The notes under the pieces were generated by a model. It was not told where the DNA came from. It ran no database searches and saw only the letters and a list, made by a program, of their open reading frames with translations. Shown here in pieces: positions 38,453 to 46,064 of a DNA stretch of 64,000 nt. Within the stretch, counting starts at the first letter, position 1; each line of letters begins with the position of its first letter. The position numbers and the translations under genes were made by a program. The stretch is taken from IMG/VR virus record IMGVR_UViG_3300037184_000121, positions 32,001 to 96,000 of that record; one strand, given 5' to 3'. Source of the stretch: a virus.

Positions 38453-39693
38453 TGTACATCAGTAAAATTATCTTAGAGAATTTTCAGGCATTTGACAAGG
38501 GAGAATTTGTTCTTTCTCCGAACCTGAATATTCTAGTTGGAGTCACAAATGTGGGAAAGAGTTCTGTAGCAAGGGCTCTTTCTCTTGTGCTGTTTAACCA
38601 GTGGGATAAGAGTTGGTGCAGATTTGGGGCTAAGTATTGCAGAGTGTCCATCCTGACTGATACTGGTATTGAAGTGATCCGTGAGAAGGGTGAGAAAGTC
38701 AATCGCTATATACTACGGTTGCCCAGCCAGCCAGAGCAGCTATTTGAATCCTTTGGTACAACGGTGCCAGAGCAGGTCCAGCAAGCTCTAAGGATTCATG
38801 AGGTCCAGGTTGATACAACAGATAAGCTCAACTTGAATTTGGCAGGACAGATGGATGCTCTTTTCCTGCTATCTCAGACTGGCAGCTATCGTGCTAAAGT
38901 TTTGGGTAAGCTTTCAGGTGCTACGTATTTGGATCATGCCATTCGGGAACTTAACAAAGACAAGAGGCAAGTTACAGCAGAGAAGAATTCCAAGGATCTT
39001 GAAATCGTTGAGTTACAGGCCCAGGTATCTAAATTAGAATCAATTGAGTCATATTCTGATGTTATAAAGGCACTTGAGGGCAGATTAGAGTCCTTAAGAT
39101 GCTCTCAAGAGCGTGTAGAGCGCATAAGGAGCCTATTTGAGCGTGTAAAAGTGCTAAAAGCTGCTTGGCTAAGGGAAACAGAGATTGAGGCTCTTTTAGG
39201 GCAAGTTGAAGTAGGTAAGATTGATCAATTAGTTCAGAAATCTGTTAAATTGTCTACCTTAAGTTTACTTTTTAGCAAATTTACTGAATTTCATACAGTA
39301 TTTGAGCACCAGACTAAACTACAAACCCTTTTAAGTCAAATAGACCTTGATTCAATTAGCCAGTTAGAACCAAAAGTGAATAGAGTAAAAAAGCTAGTTA
39401 TATTATCTGCTAAGTACAATGCTTGGCAGGGAATGTACTCTAAACAGAATCTAATTAATAACCTATTGACCCCTGTTGATATTTCTGTTATATCTGTATT
39501 GGCTGAGAAAGCATCTAATTTAAAACGAGTTAATGATTTATCGGTTAGGATTAGTAGAAATCAAAAGGAACTTGTAAGTAAAGCTGATGAGTTGGGGCAA
39601 GTAGAGCAGCAATATCAAGAGGCTAAGGAACAGTATAGTGAGATGCTTAAAGCTAATGGGACCTGCCCTATTTGTGGAGTGAGTACGATATGA
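38452..39693 (+). CDS. SbcC/Rad50-like ATPase, N-terminal half
   Basis: ENFQ, Walker A GVTNVGKS, Q-loop, coiled coil, terminal CPIC hook; no Walker B. Confidence 0.85.
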   Translation: MYISKIILENFQAFDKGEFVLSPNLNILVGVTNVGKSSVARALSLVLFNQWDKSWCRFGAKYCRVSILTDTGIEVIREKGEKVNRYILRLPSQPEQLFESFGTTVPEQVQQALRIHEVQVDTTDKLNLNLAGQMDALFLLSQTGSYRAKVLGKLSGATYLDHAIRELNKDKRQVTAEKNSKDLEIVELQAQVSKLESIESYSDVIKALEGRLESLRCSQERVERIRSLFERVKVLKAAWLRETEIEALLGQVEVGKIDQLVQKSVKLSTLSLLFSKFTEFHTVFEHQTKLQTLLSQIDLDSISQLEPKVNRVKKLVILSAKYNAWQGMYSKQNLINNLLTPVDISVISVLAEKASNLKRVNDLSVRISRNQKELVSKADELGQVEQQYQEAKEQYSEMLKANGTCPICGVSTI

Positions 39694-39926
39694 AGAAGTG
39701 TCCTCCTGAGCCAACAGATGAATGTCGTAATTGTTTTCATTTTGATTATCAACATATTGGAGCTGATGAATTTATAATTCCTTGTGCCGAGATATTGCAG
39801 ACCGTATATGATACGACAGAAAAGATAATTCTTGTTATAAAAAGATGTGAATGCAGTAATTATGAACCATTGGATAATTTAAAATATTTGGAAAAAGAAT
39901 ATGAATACAGGGCCTTACACGCTTAA
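39690..39926 (+). CDS. Cys/His microprotein, NLxYLE family
   Basis: CRNCFH....H...CECSNYEPLDNLKYLE. Confidence 0.7.
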   Translation: MKKCPPEPTDECRNCFHFDYQHIGADEFIIPCAEILQTVYDTTEKIILVIKRCECSNYEPLDNLKYLEKEYEYRALHA

Positions 39927-40104
39927 ATTAATTCATGATAAATGTCCTTGTGGTCATGCTAGGTATGATCATTATAGTGAGAAATTTGATTATGGATGTA
40001 TTCATAGAATGGGTAGATATACTGGAAAGAAATGTATCTGCCCTGGATTTTCTGAAGATAATTTGATTTATTTGGAGAAGCTCTGTGTCAATAGAGATAG
40101 TTGA
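39901..40104 (+). CDS. Cys/His microprotein, NLxYLE family
   Basis: CPCGH....H...CICPGFSEDNLIYLE. Confidence 0.7.
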   Translation: MNTGPYTLKLIHDKCPCGHARYDHYSEKFDYGCIHRMGRYTGKKCICPGFSEDNLIYLEKLCVNRDS

Positions 40105-40288
40105 TTTTAGCCCTTTATGTCATTGCAATCATAGGAAGTATGAACACATTTATGATATGACTTGTAGTGGAAGAACTTTAATTGAAGAAAGGAAAGGTGT
40201 ATTATACTATTTGTCATGCAATTGCAAAAAATATAAATTAAATAATCTTGCTTATTTAGAACAAAAGTATGAGGAGAGTTTAGTATGA
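40085..40288 (+). CDS. Cys/His microprotein, NLxYLE family
   Basis: CHCNH....H...CNCKKYKLNNLAYLE. Confidence 0.7.
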   Translation: MSIEIVDFSPLCHCNHRKYEHIYDMTCSGRTLIEERKGVLYYLSCNCKKYKLNNLAYLEQKYEESLV

Positions 40289-40382
40289 ATTTAGGATTTG
40301 GATATGTTTGTTTTTATTGTGAAGGGGATACAAGTAATGCAAGTGGAATTTGTGAAAGATGCAGAAAAGATAGAGGCAGTAA

Positions 40383-40757
40383 ATGAAATGTATTATTGCA
40401 GGTAGTAGAACAATTACAGATCCATTAGAGCTTGAGAAGGCTATTAAGCTTAGTGGCTTTTCACCCATAGATGAGGTTGTATGTGGAGGGGCAGTTGGGG
40501 CTGATGAATTAGGAAGACTTTGGGCTATTAAGAATAGCATTCTCCTTAAATTCTTTTTTCCTGATTGGGAAACTTATGGCAAGTCAGCAGGTCCTCTAAG
40601 AAATACTCAAATGGCTACTTATGTGGGTCCTGAAGGTGGATTGATAGCTTTGCATGATGGGATCTCTAAGGGAACGGCTGATATGATTCGAAAGGCAGAA
40701 AGATTTAATTTGAAAGTATATGTGCATTTGGTGAAGAAGGAAGAGAAAGAATCATGA
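40383..40757 (+). CDS. SLOG-family (YspA-like) protein
   Basis: IIAGSR, VVCGGA.GAD..G, W..YGKSAGP.RN..M, SKGT..MI. Confidence 0.85.
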   Translation: MKCIIAGSRTITDPLELEKAIKLSGFSPIDEVVCGGAVGADELGRLWAIKNSILLKFFFPDWETYGKSAGPLRNTQMATYVGPEGGLIALHDGISKGTADMIRKAERFNLKVYVHLVKKEEKES

Positions 40758-40927
40758 TGAAAAAATGCAGCAAGTGTAGACATTTTTTAGAACAGCATAT
40801 TAATATAGATTCTAGACTGCTTAGATCTAGATATGTATCTTTTCTTATTCCCAGTTCCTATGGAGAGCACCCTTTTTATAAAGGATGTTCCATAAGGGAT
40901 TGTAAATGTCACGAGTTTGCTTTATGA
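40754..40927 (+). CDS. CxxCxH microprotein (not in ORF track)
   Basis: CSKCRH....H...C....CKCHEF; ATGA overlaps at both ends. Confidence 0.6.
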   Translation: MMKKCSKCRHFLEQHINIDSRLLRSRYVSFLIPSSYGEHPFYKGCSIRDCKCHEFAL

Positions 40928-41847
40928 AAATTCTTTACTTTACCGATGCTCATTTAAGATCACAGTCTGATAGACCTAAATGGAGAGTAGATGATCATTA
41001 TGTTTCTCAATTTGAAGAGCTTCAGGAAATTCGGGATTTAGCTGTAATCCATAATGTAGATCTTATAATCTCTGGTGGGGATACAATACATCATCCTGAT
41101 GTAAGTCATGCATTGGTTGGGGATATTATAAATTGGTGTAAAACTCTTCCTTGTGCTTTCTACTCAGTGGTGGGTAATCATTGTTGTTTTGCTTATCGAA
41201 CAGCTGATTTGAGAAGCAGCGGATTGGGAGTCCTGTTTGAGTCGGGTATGGTGGGACGATTGGATGAGTTGGTATTTGAAAAAGAGAAAGTGGTTATTCA
41301 TGGTATACATGCATTTCTTGATCCCCATCAAGGAAACTATTTGTTTGAATCTAAGTATGATGGCTATAAGAAATATATTGTAAGTCATAATTTTGTAATC
41401 AAAGAAGATGTGATCTTTGATGCTGTGAAACCGAAAGATATTAAAACAAACGCAGATATCATTTTTTTGGGTCATTATCATAAGGGATCGGATTTAGTAG
41501 AAGGAATGACAAGATTTATTAATCCTAGTTCTCTTAGTCGTTGGGCAATAAATGAGCAGCATAAACCAACTATTCTAATTTTAGATACTACAACTAATGA
41601 AATTATTCCTATTGAATTGAAAAGCTCTAGGCCAGCCAATGAAATCTTCGACTTGGCAGGGGCTGCAGAGATGAAATCTACTGAGATGAATTTACAGACA
41701 TTCGTGGATAGTTTGAATAACTCAACTTTTGAAAATGTGGATGTTAGCCAAGTGGTCTTGACAAAGGGAAAAGAACAAGGTATACTTAAAGAGATACTGG
41801 ATTTGTGTCTAAAGAAAGTGGAAGAAGCTAAGGAACAGTTAAAGTGA
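40924..41847 (+). CDS. SbcD/Mre11-like nuclease
   Basis: TDAH, GGD, GNH, SH, LGHYH, NPSS. Confidence 0.88.
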   Translation: MKILYFTDAHLRSQSDRPKWRVDDHYVSQFEELQEIRDLAVIHNVDLIISGGDTIHHPDVSHALVGDIINWCKTLPCAFYSVVGNHCCFAYRTADLRSSGLGVLFESGMVGRLDELVFEKEKVVIHGIHAFLDPHQGNYLFESKYDGYKKYIVSHNFVIKEDVIFDAVKPKDIKTNADIIFLGHYHKGSDLVEGMTRFINPSSLSRWAINEQHKPTILILDTTTNEIIPIELKSSRPANEIFDLAGAAEMKSTEMNLQTFVDSLNNSTFENVDVSQVVLTKGKEQGILKEILDLCLKKVEEAKEQLK

Positions 41848-41981
41848 AAATTTGCATATGTGGCCATGGTGAAAAAGAGCATGAATCAGATTCTCAATGG
41901 GATAGGGAATCGGGGGATGAATGGTATATGACATGGTGTTTAATAGAAGGATGTAAATGTGGAGAATATACAAATGGATAA
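41844..41981 (+). CDS. CxCGH microprotein (not in ORF track)
   Basis: CICGH....H...WC....CKCGEY. Confidence 0.6.
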   Translation: MKICICGHGEKEHESDSQWDRESGDEWYMTWCLIEGCKCGEYTNG

Positions 41982-42194
41982 TTATCAAAGAACAGAAGGA
42001 TGGGCAGCTTGTGATAGGATAAAAGAATTAGTTTCTAAAGGATTACCTGTTCCATTTTCAGAATTATATCTTGTAACCACTTTTAAAAATTCAGATGGAG
42101 AATTAGCTAGAGCAGAATGGAAGAAATATTTAGAAGATAACGATTATGAAATGAGTATTCTTCATTTACAATATGCTAAGAAGGAGTCTAAAAT

Positions 42195-42449
42195 ATGAGT
42201 ATTGAACAAGATCTATTAAGTTTAAAATCTAAAGGTGAACAGCTTAATACTGCCAAAATTCAAAATGCTACTAAGCTTGCAGCTCTTGAACAAGAAAAAG
42301 AGAAGCTGCTATTAGAAGCTAAGGAATTAGGTATCGCACCAGAGGCTATTGAGGCTACATTGAAGAGCGAAGAGGCAGCTATTCAGGCAGAAGTTACAAA
42401 GATTGGCACTGAACTAGCAAGGGTCTTAGATGAAATCAGTCGAATATAA
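42195..42449 (+). CDS. Small coiled-coil protein
   Basis: Heptad-rich; AAGGAG SD; lies between the SbcC halves. Confidence 0.55.
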   Translation: MSIEQDLLSLKSKGEQLNTAKIQNATKLAALEQEKEKLLLEAKELGIAPEAIEATLKSEEAAIQAEVTKIGTELARVLDEISRI

Positions 42450-42741
42450 GAGTATTTGCCGAGCTTGTGATCATCTCCATCAAGGATATGTTTGCAATTG
42501 GCAAGTCAATAAAGTTGGCACTATCAAACTAAGGCCAACCTATTCCAGTCTATGGGGTTTACTTCCAGGACATACACATAGTGAAGAAGATGTCTCACGT
42601 ATAGAAGATCATGCAACTAATTTGTATAAAGAAGAGACATTTGAATATAGGCAAGAAGTCGATTGTGGCTGCAGATGCTACATACCCAGTGAGAATTTAG
42701 AATTTTTAGAATGGAAATATGATGAGACTGGGAAGATATAG
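42430..42741 (+). CDS. Cys/His microprotein, NLxYLE family
   Basis: CRACDH.H...CGCRCYIPSENLEFLEWKY. Confidence 0.7.
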   Translation: MKSVEYKSICRACDHLHQGYVCNWQVNKVGTIKLRPTYSSLWGLLPGHTHSEEDVSRIEDHATNLYKEETFEYRQEVDCGCRCYIPSENLEFLEWKYDETGKI

Positions 42742-42880
42742 TTACTGTATTTGTGGCCATACTTTGTATCAGCATACATTCTTTTTATGTGAAAAGTGTT
42801 TGAGTAGCAAAATTTGTTGGCACCAATTTAAACTAGATAATTTAAAATACTTAGAAAAACAATATGCAAAGAAATTATAA
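42719..42880 (+). CDS. Cys/His microprotein, NLxYLE family (not in ORF track)
   Basis: CICGH....H...CEKC....C.HQFKLDNLKYLEKQY. Confidence 0.7.
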   Translation: MMRLGRYSYCICGHTLYQHTFFLCEKCLSSKICWHQFKLDNLKYLEKQYAKKL

Positions 42881-43109
42881 ATGTCAAAATTGTGAATGCT
42901 ATCATCAAGCATCTTATAATGCTCTCATAGGGTTTCAAGAGGATAAGCCAGTATATGAATTGGGGAATCCTGAAAGTGTTTGTGAAGATTGTATTCGATT
43001 ACCTAAATTTGAAAATAATGTATTAGGGTGTTGTAAATATCAGCCACGATATATAACTAATTTAGAATTCTTAGAGTGGAAATATAATGAATCTGATAAA
43101 TCAATTTGA
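42864..43109 (+). CDS. Cys/His microprotein, NLxYLE family
   Basis: CQNCECYH...CEDC...CCKY...TNLEFLEWKY. Confidence 0.7.
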   Translation: MQRNYKCQNCECYHQASYNALIGFQEDKPVYELGNPESVCEDCIRLPKFENNVLGCCKYQPRYITNLEFLEWKYNESDKSI

Positions 43110-43725
43110 TCAACTAAAGAACAACTATCATAGAAAAGCAGGGCAGCTACAAGCCTTGAAAGATCGAGTTGCAGTATGTCAAGAGAAGGTTATCCAGTTG
43201 ACAGATAAAGAAGATACTACGCTGAAAGCCAGTCTCTTCCTTCAGTCCCTGTCAGATCAGACTCGCTTGCAAGTCCTTGATAAAATCTCTGGCATTGTGA
43301 CTGATGCCTTGCAGACAGTAAAGGATAAGAATCTTGTATTTTCTATGCAGCTGGTAGTTAAGGCTAATCAGCCTACCCTGGAAATGGGGATCTTGGATAA
43401 GTTGTCAGGTCAGACCTACGATGTGCTTACCTCTTTTGGTGGTGGGATCTGCGATATCGTTTCCTTGGCCTTGCGGGTAGCTTTATTAGTGAAGTGGCAA
43501 CCATCCTTGTCTCGTGTGTTGATCCTGGATGAATCTTGCAAGCATGTGGCTCAGAAAGATCAGGAGCTATTAGCCGAGTTTGTTAAGAAGCTTTCAGAAG
43601 CACTTAATTGTCAGTTCATTTGGATTAGTCATAGCGAAGTTTTACAGCAAGCCGCGCATAAGATTTTTGAGGTAACTAAACATGACGGAATATCAACAGT
43701 CACAGAAAAAAGCTCCAGTCTTTAA
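43087..43725 (+). CDS. SbcC/Rad50-like ATPase, C-terminal half
   Basis: Coiled coil, signature-like SFGGG, Walker B LILDE, H-loop ISH. Confidence 0.85.
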   Translation: MNLINQFDQLKNNYHRKAGQLQALKDRVAVCQEKVIQLTDKEDTTLKASLFLQSLSDQTRLQVLDKISGIVTDALQTVKDKNLVFSMQLVVKANQPTLEMGILDKLSGQTYDVLTSFGGGICDIVSLALRVALLVKWQPSLSRVLILDESCKHVAQKDQELLAEFVKKLSEALNCQFIWISHSEVLQQAAHKIFEVTKHDGISTVTEKSSSL

Positions 43726-44260
43726 CGAAGATGCTACACTTAGAGGTGCTTGGAGACGAGTTTTTGCGAGAGCCCCTATTGTTAGGGAAATAAGAGAAGA
43801 GGGCCGTAGAACAGTTCCTCGTTATACTAAAGATGGGTCCAGACATAAAGTAGATTCTGTACAGTACTTGTGTCAAGTTTGTAATCAATGGGCACCTGCT
43901 AAGATGATTGAAGTAGATCATATAATTCCAGTGATCGATGTAGATAACATTTCTGGAAAGGTGCAGGATTGGAATGAGTACAAGCGAAGACTCTTCTGTG
44001 AGAAGAAGAATTTGCAGCGAATCTGCGATACTTGTCATGATAAGAAAACTTATGAAGAGCGTATGATTCGACAGTCACATAAAGATAGAGTGATTTTAGA
44101 TCAATTAGAAGAACGTCTTAAGAGTGCTTGGACGATTCATGAAGAAGTAGACCTTAAGAAGCAGGTTACAAAATTTCTTAGCAAGAAGAAAGCTCAAGAA
44201 ACTCGTGATAGGGCTCTCAAATTAAAGCAGATCATTGTTAGTAAATTAAAGGAAGATTGA
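43682..44260 (+). CDS. HNH endonuclease
   Basis: CQVC...EVDHIIPV...NLQRICDTCH..KT. Confidence 0.85.
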   Translation: MTEYQQSQKKAPVFNEDATLRGAWRRVFARAPIVREIREEGRRTVPRYTKDGSRHKVDSVQYLCQVCNQWAPAKMIEVDHIIPVIDVDNISGKVQDWNEYKRRLFCEKKNLQRICDTCHDKKTYEERMIRQSHKDRVILDQLEERLKSAWTIHEEVDLKKQVTKFLSKKKAQETRDRALKLKQIIVSKLKED

Positions 44261-44523
44261 TGAATACTCCCGCCATTTGTGGATGGGTTGCTACATTACT
44301 ATTCGCTCTTTCATATCTTCCACAAATTTTTCATACCTATAAAATAAAAAAGGTAGGAGATATTAGTGTTAGTTTATGGTGGATATTGCTTGTAGCTTAT
44401 ACATGTGGGATCTGGTACGGGATTGATTTAAAGCAATGGCAGCTTATCTGTGGATATTTTTGGGGTTTCGCTTGTAGTTTTATCTATTTGGTGTTATACT
44501 ACAAATACAGGGGTAACAAGTAA
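44260..44523 (+). CDS. SemiSWEET / PQ-loop small transporter
   Basis: Three TM helices; YLPQI...YK.K...DIS. Confidence 0.82.
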   Translation: MNTPAICGWVATLLFALSYLPQIFHTYKIKKVGDISVSLWWILLVAYTCGIWYGIDLKQWQLICGYFWGFACSFIYLVLYYKYRGNK

Positions 44524-44988
44524 ATGTATAGACTAACAGATGAACTAGCAAAGTTGGTTATGTCGAAAATTAAGTCTCCTGAATTAGAGTCTGCAGGGAA
44601 TACGGCTTTCTTACCCAGGAATCTAAACAGCGTTGGTATTATTGATCCTATTTGTTGTGTTGGATCAGCCTTTCATTATATTTTGGAGAGTCCTAAACCT
44701 GTGATTTACCAGGATATTCCATTTGTGCCCGTTGGGGTACAGGGATATTTCTTGTACCGTAAAGAAGAGCTGTCCTCTCCTGAAGAGCCCTTTGAGGTCA
44801 ATAGAGTATTCATTGATCCGACAGCTCAGGACCCAGAGGAAAGAATTGATGTACGAGATGCCTCAATTGTGCTACCTAGCGACATAGAGAAATTAACAGC
44901 CCAGACTATTAGTACTATGGATCAATTGATTAAAAAAGAACCTCTATTGATCGATTGTCTTGACTGGAAAGATAACAGATAACGTTAT

Positions 44989-45522
44989 ATGAAAAAAGGT
45001 GAGAGAAAACAATTTTGTATAAGAGGCCATGATACCTTTATTTGTGGTAGAGGTAAAAATCATACCTGTAATAAATGTGTAAATATTTTATGCCAAAGAT
45101 CATATAAAATTAATTGGAAAAAACGAAATGAAGCGCATAGGAAATATGCAGAAAAACATCAGAGTAAACTTAAAAAATACAGAACAACGTATATAATTAC
45201 AAGAAGAAATGTTGATATCTATTTTAAATTGAAGACAAACTTGAGATCTAGACTTTATAGTGCTATTAAACGTAATTATAAATCTGGATCAGCCATTAAA
45301 GATCTTGGCTGTTCCATTGAGTTTTTAAAACAATATATTGAATCGAAATTTTATGGTGGTATGGCATGGAAGAATTGGGGCTTAGTTTGGCAGCTAGATC
45401 ATATTAAAGAACTTCATACATTTGATCTTACTAATAGAGAACAATTACTTAGGGCTGTTCATTATACCAATCTTCAACCTCTAACAATTGAAGACCATAA
45501 AAAGAAATCAAATAAAGGATAA
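44989..45522 (+). CDS. HNH endonuclease (paralogue of 30808..31485)
   Basis: KQFC..GHD..ICGR; GSAIKDLGC; WQLDHI; HYTNLQPL. Confidence 0.85.
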   Translation: MKKGERKQFCIRGHDTFICGRGKNHTCNKCVNILCQRSYKINWKKRNEAHRKYAEKHQSKLKKYRTTYIITRRNVDIYFKLKTNLRSRLYSAIKRNYKSGSAIKDLGCSIEFLKQYIESKFYGGMAWKNWGLVWQLDHIKELHTFDLTNREQLLRAVHYTNLQPLTIEDHKKKSNKG

Positions 45523-45905
45523 AATAATGGAAAACAAAAAGCCAAATAATTTTAGAGAAGCAGCTTTGTCACATATTCCTGCAGATCTTGTAGCGTCTAT
45601 GACAAAGGCAGCAGCGGTAACAACGGATGGTCTATCCCCTCTTGAAGCCATAGCTAAGAATACTGGTACTCAATTGCTGCCCCAGAGAGTGGATGCACCA
45701 GTAGCTCCTAAGCATATTTCATTGGCAGTGGATGGACACGTTATTAAAGTGGCCCTAGATCCTACGCAAGGAGCAGTCACTATGCTCCTATATCTATTGG
45801 CTACGGTGTGGTCAAAGGATAAGAAAGTTGCAAAGGTATTGAAGCAGTTTAATTTTCACTTCTTTGATGAGAATAACATTCAACTCTACCCAAAAGTGAA
45901 ACGTA

Positions 45906-46064
45906 ATGGTCGCAATTAATTATCCTTGTATTTGTGGTCATTCTAAAATTAACCACAACAATATAAATACACAGACTTGGTGTTTAGTTGCAAGGTGTGA
46001 TTGTAGTTTTTTTAACCCTGATAACCTTAGATATTTGGAGAAGAAAAGTGGATCTGCAGAATAA
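45906..46064 (+). CDS. Cys/His microprotein, NLxYLE family (not in ORF track)
   Basis: CICGH....H...WC....CDCSFFNPDNLRYLEKK; overlaps the polymerase start. Confidence 0.7.
   Translation: MVAINYPCICGHSKINHNNINTQTWCLVARCDCSFFNPDNLRYLEKKSGSAE

Noticed and set aside
42691-42711. Resemblance of ENLEFLE/ENLEYLE to the TEV protease site ENLYFQ
   Set aside because: Superficial; register and conserved positions differ and no such protease is evident.
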